64,000 nucleotides of DNA, from assembly GCA_034669905.1 (NCBI GenBank), contig JAXMOL010000005.1, forward strand, positions 134,218 to 198,217, written 5' to 3'. Origin of the DNA: Candidatus Hydrogenedentota bacterium. GTDB taxonomy: Bacteria; Hydrogenedentota; Hydrogenedentia; Hydrogenedentales; JAEUWI01. Below are positions 48,267 through 57,258 of the stretch, one piece after another. The first letter of the stretch is position 1; each line of letters starts with the position of its first letter. The notes under the pieces are model-generated. The model did no database searches. It had not been told where the DNA came from and saw only the letters and a list, made by a program, of their open reading frames with translations. The translations under genes and the position numbers were made by a program.

Positions 48267-50234
48267 CTAGACTTCCGCAGGCTCCGCGGCAAGGGCCTTT
48301 TCTTCGAGTTCCGTCGTGGCGATCTTCTTACCATGCTTGGCTTCGAAGGCATCAATGCTCTCGTTCATGTATTTCTTGTACCCCTGGGGTACGTCCGTGT
48401 AGATGTCGGTACACATCCAGTCAAACTTACCTTTCATCACGTCGTTGGCCACATGGGTATACATACTGTTGTGGTTCTTGCCCACCGCCTTGAGATTCGC
48501 CTGGATACGGTCTCGGGCATCGGTGCAGTAGAGGTCCGCCAGCCGCTGCAATTCATCCTTGTCCTGCGCCGTCTCCAGGAGGGCATCGGTGTAGGAAAGC
48601 ACCGCCGCCATGGTGAACAGGTCCGTCCCGATGTCGACAAAGTTCGCCATGATGAGCTGTTCCCGTTCCAGCTTTTGCTGGTACTTCGCCATCGTGTGAA
48701 ACATGGTGCGGGCCAGTTTCTTCGCATACTTTCCGATAAAGCTCAGGTGGGATTGATTGCGGGCATTCAGGTGACGGGTATCATAGTTACTGCCCGCCGG
48801 CAACCACTGTTTCGGATACCATTTGGCGTAGAAGGGCAGAAAACTGCTGAACATATGCTTCAGCTTATTGCCACCCGGCATCATGAGGGGCATAATCTGG
48901 CGCACGTGGGCGTCCATGGCTTCTCGCGCGATGAAGAGCCGCATGATCTCGTCCGTACCCTCCACAATACGGGCAATGCGGGCGTCCCGCACCATGCGCT
49001 CGGCGGGGATGGGCTCTTCCCCACGTTTGGCGAGGGACTCGGCCGTTTCGTAGCCGCGGCCCCCCCGCAATTGGAGAAAATCGTCGGCTATCTGGCACCC
49101 ATGGACGGTGGTGAAATACTTGGCCATGGCCGCTTCGATGCGAATATCGCTGCCGCCCTTATCGGCCATGGAACAACTCAGCCAGGTAACGGCTTCCATC
49201 GCCAGGGTATCGGACGCAAAGACGGCGAGTTTCTGGGCGGTGTTCTGATGCTTGCCAATGGGGGCGCCCCACTGGTTCCGCTCGGCGGCCCATTTCCCAC
49301 CGGCCAGGATGGCGGCCTTGCCACCGGCCGAGGTCGTGGCGGGTATCGAGAGACGTCCCGTATTCAGCGTGACCAGGGCAATCTTCAGCCCTTCACCAGG
49401 CTTGCCGATGATGTTTTCGGCAGGCACCTTTACGTTATCAAAATTCAGCAGGCCATTCTGGATACCCCGGATCCCCATAAAGTCGCATCGGTGAATCACG
49501 TCAAAACCGGGGGTGTTGGTCTCCACCACGAAGGCCGAGATCTGCTTTTTTTCCTTGCCATTGACCATGATGGAAGGCGTGCGCGCCATCACGACCATCA
49601 TCTCGCAACGGGTACCATTGGTAATCCACAATTTGCGGCCGTTGATGACGTAGTGGGAGCCGTCTTCCGTTGGCGTGGCGGTAGTGACCATCTTGGCCGG
49701 ATCGGACCCCACACCGGGCTCGGTGAGGGCAAAGGCGGTTACGGCCCCTTTGGCAATTCGGGGCAGAAACTTCTCCTTCTGCTCTTTCGTGCCGAAAAGC
49801 TTGAGAGGCTGGGGCACACCAATGCTCTGGTGGGCCGTGATGCCGGCCGCAGTAGAAGCGCAGTAGCTGCTCATGAAGGCACAGGCGCGGCTGTAGTTGG
49901 TCTGGCTCAGCTCCAGGCCCCCATACTCTTTGGGGATCTTCATGCCATAGGCACCCACCGCCGCCAGGGCCTCCAGGGCGCTCTCGGGCACGTTGCCCGT
50001 TCGATCCACGTCACTGGGATCAATGTGTTCCTCCAGGACGCCGCGCAATACCTCAATGTAGTCATCGCCGATTTTTTTATCTTCGGCCGACTGCAAGGGG
50101 AAGGGATGAATGTGGTCCCAGGCGAAGTTTCCCTGAAAGAGCTCGGCCACAAAGCTGGGCTCCTGCCAATCCGTTTGCCGGGAATCTTCCGCGACATCGA
50201 GGGATGCCTGTTTTTCTTTATCGTCCAGTTGCAT
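48267..50234 (-). CDS. Acyl-CoA dehydrogenase (long, VLCAD/FadE10-like)
   Basis: AHQSIG, FALTEPGVGSDP, GRKLWITNG, LNTGRL, RGGRGYE and RIVEGT. Confidence 0.92.
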   Translation of the reverse strand: MQLDDKEKQASLDVAEDSRQTDWQEPSFVAELFQGNFAWDHIHPFPLQSAEDKKIGDDYIEVLRGVLEEHIDPSDVDRTGNVPESALEALAAVGAYGMKIPKEYGGLELSQTNYSRACAFMSSYCASTAAGITAHQSIGVPQPLKLFGTKEQKEKFLPRIAKGAVTAFALTEPGVGSDPAKMVTTATPTEDGSHYVINGRKLWITNGTRCEMMVVMARTPSIMVNGKEKKQISAFVVETNTPGFDVIHRCDFMGIRGIQNGLLNFDNVKVPAENIIGKPGEGLKIALVTLNTGRLSIPATTSAGGKAAILAGGKWAAERNQWGAPIGKHQNTAQKLAVFASDTLAMEAVTWLSCSMADKGGSDIRIEAAMAKYFTTVHGCQIADDFLQLRGGRGYETAESLAKRGEEPIPAERMVRDARIARIVEGTDEIMRLFIAREAMDAHVRQIMPLMMPGGNKLKHMFSSFLPFYAKWYPKQWLPAGSNYDTRHLNARNQSHLSFIGKYAKKLARTMFHTMAKYQQKLEREQLIMANFVDIGTDLFTMAAVLSYTDALLETAQDKDELQRLADLYCTDARDRIQANLKAVGKNHNSMYTHVANDVMKGKFDWMCTDIYTDVPQGYKKYMNESIDAFEAKHGKKIATTELEEKALAAEPAEV

Positions 50235-50485
50235 GGTCTTGCCTCCATAGCGTCCAGCGCAGGTCTTCTGCGTCTACACGCGGCTCAGCGGTTGGGTATG
50301 TGGGGCGCATCGCACGGCGACGCGGCGTCCGACCTACCGATAAGTATATACCACGATCATCGCAATTAGTCTAGCGAATTCCGTATCGTGGCTCGAAAAG
50401 TCGCCCTTTGATGGATTTTCTCACTGCTATCCTGCCACCCTATGGCACCCAAACGTCTTTCCGGGTAAAATCGCGCAGCGGACGG

Positions 50486-52009
50486 TCAGGGGTTTCGTAG
50501 CTCCCGCTTTAGAATTTTTCCTGTCGGGCCCTTGGGGAGCTCGGCCAGGATTTCCACTTCCTTCGGCCATTTGTACTTGGCCATTCGTTCCTGCATATAG
50601 GCTTGGATCTCGTCTGGGTCCAGGGTCTGTCCCTCTCGGGGAGAGACATAGACCTTAACCTCCTCACCCCGCATATCGTCGGGTATTCCGATGACCGCCG
50701 CCTCCAGCACTTTGGGGTGTCCGTAGAGTACTTCTTCAATTTCTCGGGGATAGATATTCATACCGCCACGGATAATGAGATCTTTCTTCCGGTCCACGAT
50801 ATAAAAGAATCCGTCGGCATCCCGCTTGCCCATATCGCCGGAATGGAACCATCCATCGACAATGGCTTCCCGGGTGGCTTCGGGGCGATTGTAGTAGCCC
50901 TTCATAATATTGTGGCCCCGTATGACCACTTCCCCCACTTCATCGACATCGGCGAAACTACCGTCCTCCCGCTTGATGGCCAGATCGACCCCCCAGATGG
51001 GTTTCCCGATAGAGCCCACCTTGAGCTCATCACCCTCCCGGCTGAAAGTAGCAATAGGACTCGTCTCAGAGAGGCCGTAGCCTTCCAGGATGGTGATACC
51101 AAACTGCTCCTGAAAACGACGGTGAACATCTTCCGGCAGGGCGGCCCCGCCAGATACCGCATGGGTAATCGAGCTGAGATCATAGTCGCCGGCTGTTGCT
51201 TCATTCAGCATGAAGAAGTACATGGTCGGAACCAGGGCAATAAGTTTCACCTTGTCCCGTTGGATAATCTCCATGGCCTTTTGCGTTTCGAATCGGGGCA
51301 ACAGCGACATGGTACCGCCACCGAGGATAGAGGAATTCATCAGACAGGTCTGTCCGAAGGAGTGAAAGAGCGGCAGGGTAACAAGACACACATCACCGAC
51401 CGCCGGTTTCGTGATTTCCCGATTTGAATAGAAGGCATTGAAGAACAGGTTGAAGTGGGTCAGCTCGGCACCTTTCGGGGCCCCCGTCGTGCCCGAGGTA
51501 TACAGTATCACCGCCGTATCGTCCGGCATGGTCTGCACGGTATCAAATTCCGCCTCGGCCGTCATGACCAACTGCATGAAGTTCTCCCCGATGGGCGGAG
51601 CCTCCATATCCGTGGGGGCGCTGACGGAGATGTAATGGTGACAGGACTCGGCATTGTTGAAGGCTTTAATGGCCTCTCCTTCAAACATCTTGTAGGCGAA
51701 GAAGGCCACGGCCTCGGAGTCGGAGAGGTAGTGCTCTATCTCATGTTGTGTATAAAGCACATTTACCGGCACCACCGTGGCACCGGTATGCAAAATACCG
51801 TAGTAGATAATGGGGAAATGGGGTGTATTGGGCACCATGAGCGCCACCTTATCCCCCGGCCCGATGCCTTTGGCGGCCAGGGCACTTGCGACGCGTTTTG
51901 CGGCACCAGCGAGTTCCGCATAGCTCATGCGATGCTCATCTAGAATTACGGCTGTTACGTCTGGGTGTTCGCTCGCGGTCACATCCAGAAAATGAGCCAG
52001 GTTCAGCAT
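50486..52009 (-). CDS. fadD: Long-chain-fatty-acid--CoA ligase
   Basis: YTSGTTGAPKG, EGYGLSETSP, GWFHSGD, DRKKDLIIRGG and PKGPTGKILK. Confidence 0.9.
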   Translation of the reverse strand: MLNLAHFLDVTASEHPDVTAVILDEHRMSYAELAGAAKRVASALAAKGIGPGDKVALMVPNTPHFPIIYYGILHTGATVVPVNVLYTQHEIEHYLSDSEAVAFFAYKMFEGEAIKAFNNAESCHHYISVSAPTDMEAPPIGENFMQLVMTAEAEFDTVQTMPDDTAVILYTSGTTGAPKGAELTHFNLFFNAFYSNREITKPAVGDVCLVTLPLFHSFGQTCLMNSSILGGGTMSLLPRFETQKAMEIIQRDKVKLIALVPTMYFFMLNEATAGDYDLSSITHAVSGGAALPEDVHRRFQEQFGITILEGYGLSETSPIATFSREGDELKVGSIGKPIWGVDLAIKREDGSFADVDEVGEVVIRGHNIMKGYYNRPEATREAIVDGWFHSGDMGKRDADGFFYIVDRKKDLIIRGGMNIYPREIEEVLYGHPKVLEAAVIGIPDDMRGEEVKVYVSPREGQTLDPDEIQAYMQERMAKYKWPKEVEILAELPKGPTGKILKRELRNP

Positions 52010-52198
52010 GACAGACTACTCTCCTCTTGGAACAAGTTCTACCCTTCGGACGTTCAATACGTACCGAAGTACACCACCTTCTCTCCGTGCCCCCCTGATC
52101 GACGAGCCTCGGGCCAGTTTAGTCTCATTTTTCACGGTTTTCAAGACGGCCAAGTGTATCATCCACGCGCAGTGCACGCCGGACCATCCGCACACCAA

Positions 52199-53602
52199 CT
52201 ATCCGTCCTTAAATTCGGCGACCAATTGGGTTACAGTTGCCTTGGCATCGCCAAAGAGCATACGGGTATTTTCCTTGAAAAACAGCGGATTCTGAATGCC
52301 GGCGAAACCGGACGCCATACTCCGCTTCAGGACAAAGACACTACGGGCCAGATCCACATTGATGACAGGCATGCCATATATCGCACTGGACGCATCTTCC
52401 CGCGCAGCGGGGTTGACCACATCATTGGCCCCAATAACCACACAGACATCCACGGTTTCCATGGTGGGATTGATATCATCCATTTCCACGAGTTGCTCAT
52501 AGGGCACGTCGGCCTCGGCAAGCAGCACGTTCATGTGACCCGGCATACGTCCGGCCACAGGATGAATGGCAAACTTAACTTCGGCACCGTTCTTTTCCAT
52601 CAACTCAGCCAACTCCCGCACCGCATGCTGGGCCTGGGCCACGGCCATCCCGTAACCCGGCACAATGACCACCGATGCAGCGGCCTCCAGCACGTAGTAG
52701 GCATCTTCCACCGTCAGTGCCTTGGCTTCTCCTTGCGTAGTGCTGCCGGAATCCCCGCCCGACGCACTGCCGAAACCGCTGAAGAGCACGTTGGAAAGGC
52801 TCCGGTTCATGGCCTTGCACATGATATTGGTAAGAATAATCCCACTGGCCCCGACCAGGGAGCCAGATACGATCAACACCGTATTGCCGATGACAAAACC
52901 TGCGGCACAGGCCGCCAGGCCGGAATAGCTGTTGAGCAGCGAAATAACCACCGGCATATCGGCACCACCGATAGGGATGGTCGCAAGGATGCCAAAGAGG
53001 AAGGCGAGCCCCATGGTGGCATAGAAGGCCAGCTCTGCCGCCGGCGCATCAGGGTTGACCACAAACACGACGCCCGAAACCAACACGGCCAACAGGACGC
53101 ATCCGTTCACCCACTGTTGCCCTGGAAAAAGCACCGGCCGACCATCGATCTTTTCGGCCAGCTTGGCATAGGCCACCAGACTGCCCGTAAACGTAATGCC
53201 GCCGATAAGCACGGAAAAAAATGTGGCCAGCACAGGGACCACAACCTCCGCCCGGCCGTCTTCCAGATACTGACCGGCCGTGCCGTAATAGGCCGCCCAA
53301 CCGACGAGCAGGCTGGCAAGCCCCCCGGTGCCGTTAAACAGTGCCACGAACTCGGGCATGGACGTCATGGGCACCCGCACGGCCGCGACGGCACCGATTG
53401 AACCGCCCAACACCACGCCGGCGACAATCCACTGATATGAGACGATATCGCGGTCCAGCAGGGTCACGACAATGGCCAACAACATGCCGCTGGCGGAAAT
53501 CGTGTTTCCCCGGACTGCGGTGCCGGCATTCCCGAGCATCTTGAGCCCGAGAATGAAGAGGACCGCTGCAACAATATAGCTCAGCTCGATAGCGGTGCTC
53601 AT
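52199..53602 (-). CDS. pntB: NAD(P) transhydrogenase beta subunit
   Basis: IGGADMPVVISLLNSYSG, MCKAMNRS, PGYGMAVAQAQH, HPVAGRMPGHMNVLLAEA and GANDVVNP. Confidence 0.97.
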   Translation of the reverse strand: MSTAIELSYIVAAVLFILGLKMLGNAGTAVRGNTISASGMLLAIVVTLLDRDIVSYQWIVAGVVLGGSIGAVAAVRVPMTSMPEFVALFNGTGGLASLLVGWAAYYGTAGQYLEDGRAEVVVPVLATFFSVLIGGITFTGSLVAYAKLAEKIDGRPVLFPGQQWVNGCVLLAVLVSGVVFVVNPDAPAAELAFYATMGLAFLFGILATIPIGGADMPVVISLLNSYSGLAACAAGFVIGNTVLIVSGSLVGASGIILTNIMCKAMNRSLSNVLFSGFGSASGGDSGSTTQGEAKALTVEDAYYVLEAAASVVIVPGYGMAVAQAQHAVRELAELMEKNGAEVKFAIHPVAGRMPGHMNVLLAEADVPYEQLVEMDDINPTMETVDVCVVIGANDVVNPAAREDASSAIYGMPVINVDLARSVFVLKRSMASGFAGIQNPLFFKENTRMLFGDAKATVTQLVAEFKDG

Positions 53603-53883
53603 TTTTCACGCCCCTTGGATTTAAACATGGCAAGCATGCGGTGGGTAACCCAATAGCCACCAACGACATTGATACTCGCGAAAACGACCGCGAAGAATCC
53701 GAGCATGGTGGCCAGGGTATCATTGTCCAGCTGCCCCGCGGCCAGCAGGGCGCCGACGATGGTGATCCCCGAAATCGCATTGGCCCCCGACATCAGCGGT
53801 GTGTGAAGTTGGGAGGGCACCTTGTTAATCAGCTCTACGCCAAGGAAGATGGCGAGCACAAAGGTAAACAGCAGCAGGATCAT
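53599..53883 (-). CDS. pntAB: NAD(P) transhydrogenase alpha2 (membrane) subunit
   Basis: VPSQLHTPLMSGANAISG and INVVGGYWVTHRMLAMF. Confidence 0.95.
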   Translation of the reverse strand: MILLLFTFVLAIFLGVELINKVPSQLHTPLMSGANAISGITIVGALLAAGQLDNDTLATMLGFFAVVFASINVVGGYWVTHRMLAMFKSKGREK

Positions 53884-55016
53884 GGTGTGGCCTCCTGACT
53901 CGTGCGAATCATTTCATTACGAAGGGTGCCCTCCTGAACAATGAGGCACCCGTCCATGATCTCGTCCTCGGTGTCCAGGGAGAGTGACTGTGTTTCCTGG
54001 TCCCAGAAATGGGTCAACAGATTCGCCAGGTTCGCCGCGTACATCTGGCTCGCGTGTACGGGAACTTTCCGGGCAAGGTGGGGCAAGCCAATAACGGTCA
54101 CGCCATGACGCTGAACGGTTTCACCCGCTGACACGCCTTCCACATTGCCCCCACTGTCCACCGCGCCATCCACGATAACGCTGCCCGGTTTCATGGAGGC
54201 AATCATGGCGTCGGTGATAATCTGGGGAGCCCGGCGTCCAAACACCTGTGCGGTGGTAATGACCACGTCCACCTGGGCCACGACCTCGGCCATGGCGGCC
54301 TGCTGGGCTTCCCGCTGCGCTTCGGTCAGGGCCTTGGCGTAGCCGTCCCGGGTCGACCCAGTCTCCCCCAAGTCCACCTCCACAAAACGCGCCCCCAGCG
54401 AGCGAACCTGCTCGGCCACTTCCGGACGGGTATCGAAGGCTTCCACGCGGGCCCCCAGTCGCTTTGCCGTCGCAATGGCCTGCAGCCCGGCCACCCCCAC
54501 GCCAATGACCAATACGCGGGCCGGTTTCAGCGTACCCGCCGGGGTCATCATCATGGGAAGAATCTGCCCGAGGGCGTTGGCCGCCTGAAGGACGGCCACA
54601 TAGCCTGCCAGATTGGCCTGGCTGCTCAGGGCATCCATTTTCTGCGCCAGGGTCGTCCGCGGCACCAACTCCATCGCGATGGCGCTGAGTCGGGCCGCCA
54701 TCACGGCCTGTACCCGCTCCGGGTCCGCGAAGGGATCGAGGAAACCGATGTAGAGGGCCCCGGCTTTCATCCGCTGGAAGTCATTTGGCGTCGGGGGAAG
54801 AATCCCCAGCACCACGTCTGCGTCACCGATGGCGTCCGGGCTGCTCAGAATGGCCCCCGCCGCCGTGAAATCTGCATCGTGCCAACCACATGATTTCCCG
54901 AAATCGGAAGGTATCTGCACGGTCATGCCCAGGGAAACCAGCTTCCGTACCGCATCGGGAGAAAGGGGGACACGGGGCTCGGTGCAATCGGTGGCGTGTT
55001 GCGCAAATACTTTCAC
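53880..55016 (-). CDS. pntAA: NAD(P) transhydrogenase alpha1 (domain I) subunit
   Basis: PRTTLAQKMDALSSQANLAGY, MMMTPAG, GVGVAGLQAIATAKRLGA and GGNVE; GTG start behind GGGAG. Confidence 0.95.
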   Translation of the reverse strand: MKVFAQHATDCTEPRVPLSPDAVRKLVSLGMTVQIPSDFGKSCGWHDADFTAAGAILSSPDAIGDADVVLGILPPTPNDFQRMKAGALYIGFLDPFADPERVQAVMAARLSAIAMELVPRTTLAQKMDALSSQANLAGYVAVLQAANALGQILPMMMTPAGTLKPARVLVIGVGVAGLQAIATAKRLGARVEAFDTRPEVAEQVRSLGARFVEVDLGETGSTRDGYAKALTEAQREAQQAAMAEVVAQVDVVITTAQVFGRRAPQIITDAMIASMKPGSVIVDGAVDSGGNVEGVSAGETVQRHGVTVIGLPHLARKVPVHASQMYAANLANLLTHFWDQETQSLSLDTEDEIMDGCLIVQEGTLRNEMIRTSQEATP

Positions 55017-55120
55017 GGTTTGGTCTCCCAGGTTTCGCCCCGCCGTGGCCCCCATAACGGGCGACGGAAAGCGCATGTGGCTCCGCCTCCTCCCCCACAT
55101 CTTCACCACAGCTCAAAACG

Positions 55121-55150
55121 AGTATAGGGCGTAAAAATAGACCATGTCAA
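55121..55150 (-). promoter_or_regulatory. Putative sigma70 promoter of the pnt operon
   Basis: TTGACA-18nt-TATACT. Confidence 0.65.
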
Positions 55151-55327
55151 GAGCTCTCCCCCGGAGGCGCGGAACGCCCTGCCCCTCCTCAAAACGGTCC
55201 AAAGCGGTACAAGAACCGCCCCATCGGTGCCCGGTCACGAATCACAGAATTCGCGCTTTAGCGGTGCCCGTGGAGCCCGCTCTTCGGGAGACCTGGCCCT
55301 CCCCCACACACAAGTCGATCGGACATG

Positions 55328-55500
55328 ACACCATATATAGCGGATTGTGGTACCACAAGAAGATCAGCCATATTGTCCAATAAACACAACATTTAGTGGT
55401 AGAGGACGCAATGTTATTACGACATCCCCAAGGGTTGTAGATAAAAAAAACCGATTTGTACACGAAAAGGGTTGACAACCCCTATATGTTGTGCTAGGAT
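55328..55500 (+). promoter_or_regulatory. Sigma70 promoter with three NrdR-box-like sites
   Basis: TTGACA(55472)-17nt-TAGGAT(55495-55500). Sites ACACCATATATAGCGG (55328), ACACAACATTTAGTGG (55384) and CCCCTATATGTTGTGC (55479, inside the spacer). Confidence 0.7.
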
Positions 55501-55506
55501 GACCAC

Positions 55507-55691
55507 GGTGTTTGGAACAAGAGACTGTTGACACAACAGCACTCAGCGTCGTCAGGGAATACCGCAGCCCAAGACCCCTGACATAAACCGCTACCGTGAC
55601 CCTCTTGCGCCTAGAACACGGAACTGTGTTCCAAACACTCCCGCACATGAGGGCGGTGGATTCCCAAGGTCCACCGCCCCCTTCCTTTTTT
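55507..55691 (+). ncRNA. Stand-alone structured small RNA, 6S-RNA-like rod
   Basis: Starts at the predicted +1. 12-bp closing stem (55508-55519 with 55627-55638) and nested stems, then an intrinsic terminator; no credible ORF. Confidence 0.7.
55651..55691 (+). terminator. Intrinsic terminator of the small RNA
   Basis: GGGCGGTGGA...TCCACCGCCC then CCTTCCTTTTTT. Confidence 0.8.
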
Positions 55692-55733
55692 ACCCCCCTC
55701 AACGCCCGCCGTTGAAACGCCAGCTGTTCCAAA

Positions 55734-55762
55734 TTGACAGGTCCTCCTTCAGCCGGTACAAT
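55734..55762 (+). promoter_or_regulatory. Sigma70 promoter of the downstream secreted-protein pair
   Basis: TTGACA-17nt-TACAAT. Confidence 0.7.
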
Positions 55763-55953
55763 TCAGGCTCATGAGCGAGGAGAGCGCTTGGGCAACTCCT
55801 CCCGACGGATGGAGTGAGTGACGTACCGTCGCAGTGTGACGAACCAGTTCGTCACGCGCCGCAATCAATCTACACCACCAACACGAGCTGTGGATGGGTG
55901 TGTCCGAATGTCGACACCCCTCCCCCTTTCCCAGAGCTATCAGGAGTACTGGA

Positions 55954-57204
55954 ATGAAGATCACCCCCGTGACTGCCACCCTTTCTTTGATGTTGATCGG
56001 CCTTGCCGGCGTCACCCAGGCGGCCATTACGGTCCCGTCAGACGGAAGTGATGGCGAGCTCAATCCCGGCACCGATATCACCATCGATCTCTCGCTGGCC
56101 ACCACCGGCACGTGGAGTGATCCGGGCAATGGAAACGGCGTCTATGACCCCGACCAATGGGCCGTATTCTTCAAGTACTCTTCCATCACCATTGCGAACA
56201 ACCGGGACATCACGTTTATCAACCACCCCTCCGGCGCACCCGTGGTCTGGCTTTCCCAGGGCGATGTGACGATTACGGGCATTGTCCACCTGGACGGAGA
56301 AGACGGCGCCGGCAGCAACACCCTGGAATCTTTCGCCACTGGCGGTCCGGGCGGTTTCCGGGGCGGTAAAGCGAAGGGGGCGACGGGCTCAGAATCGGGC
56401 GGCCACGGCCCCGGCGGCGGTAGTGTCAATCCGGAAGGTGCTGGCGGTGCCGGTTCCTATGCAACCATGGGCGGCGGCTCCTTTTCGGGCGTGCTCTATG
56501 GCAATACCGGCGTCTTTCCGCTCATTGGCGGATCAGGCGGCGCGGGCACCTTTGAAACCAAAGGCGGCGGTGCCGGAGGTGGTGCTATCCTCATCGCAAG
56601 CCCCGGCACGGTTACCGTCAACGGAAGCATCCTCGCTCGGGGTGGCACGGGCGGCAATGGCTTCGGACCGGCAGACGGCGGCAGTGGCAGTGGTGGCGCG
56701 ATTCGCATCATTGCCGGCAACTTCGGCGGCAACGGGCTGCTCAGCGCCCGGGGTGGTCAAGGCACCGATGGCGTGGAAACCGGTGGGGACGGACGCATTT
56801 CGGTGGAGGCGGAGGTCTATAGCTTCGCGGGCACCAGCGAACCGTTGAATGCCTTTTCTATGGCCATGGACCCCGTGCGCATCACGCGAGACACCACCAC
56901 CCCTTCCGTGCGGGTAGCATCGGTCGCAGGCGAACTGGTAGACACCGACCCCCGGGCCCGCTTCAACCTGACCAGCACCGACGTGGAACTGGCCGAAGAG
57001 GCAACCGCGACCGTGATCATCGAAGGGGAGAATATATCGAGCAGCTCCACCGTGACCCTGCGCATTGTACGGGCTGCCAACACCACCGATGAGATCGTAA
57101 CCGCCGCATTTGTAAGCGAGACCGGAACCACCTCCACGTGGTCCGTCGACATTGATGTATCGGGCGGATTCTCGGCATTGCAGGCCAGCGCCCAACTCCC
57201 CTAG
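55954..57204 (+). CDS. Secreted glycine-rich protein of unknown function
   Basis: Signal peptide; GGPGGFRGG, GGSGGAG, GGAGGGAILI and GGSGSGGAIRI repeats; RBS AGGAG. Confidence 0.85.
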   Translation: MKITPVTATLSLMLIGLAGVTQAAITVPSDGSDGELNPGTDITIDLSLATTGTWSDPGNGNGVYDPDQWAVFFKYSSITIANNRDITFINHPSGAPVVWLSQGDVTITGIVHLDGEDGAGSNTLESFATGGPGGFRGGKAKGATGSESGGHGPGGGSVNPEGAGGAGSYATMGGGSFSGVLYGNTGVFPLIGGSGGAGTFETKGGGAGGGAILIASPGTVTVNGSILARGGTGGNGFGPADGGSGSGGAIRIIAGNFGGNGLLSARGGQGTDGVETGGDGRISVEAEVYSFAGTSEPLNAFSMAMDPVRITRDTTTPSVRVASVAGELVDTDPRARFNLTSTDVELAEEATATVIIEGENISSSSTVTLRIVRAANTTDEIVTAAFVSETGTTSTWSVDIDVSGGFSALQASAQLP

Positions 57205-57258
57205 TTGTGCGGTAGTTCGTGCAGTTCGTTACTCCCGTTCCAACATGTTGGGTCTCTG

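Noticed and set aside
48333..50369. Long antisense ORFs (also 7964-9247, 24181-26399, 38823-40190, 40313-41620, 51965-53401)
   Set aside because: They mirror well-supported genes on the other strand, as expected from high-GC codon bias.
55551..55582. AGGGAA...AGCCCAAGACC resemblance to a cobalamin riboswitch
   Set aside because: The conserved core (CCGGTG, CCCCGCAACTGT) is missing, and the element has its own terminator with a separate downstream promoter.
55785..55831. GGGCAA-hairpin-GACG resemblance to a c-di-GMP-I riboswitch
   Set aside because: No GNRA loop and no GCAAA or receptor elements.
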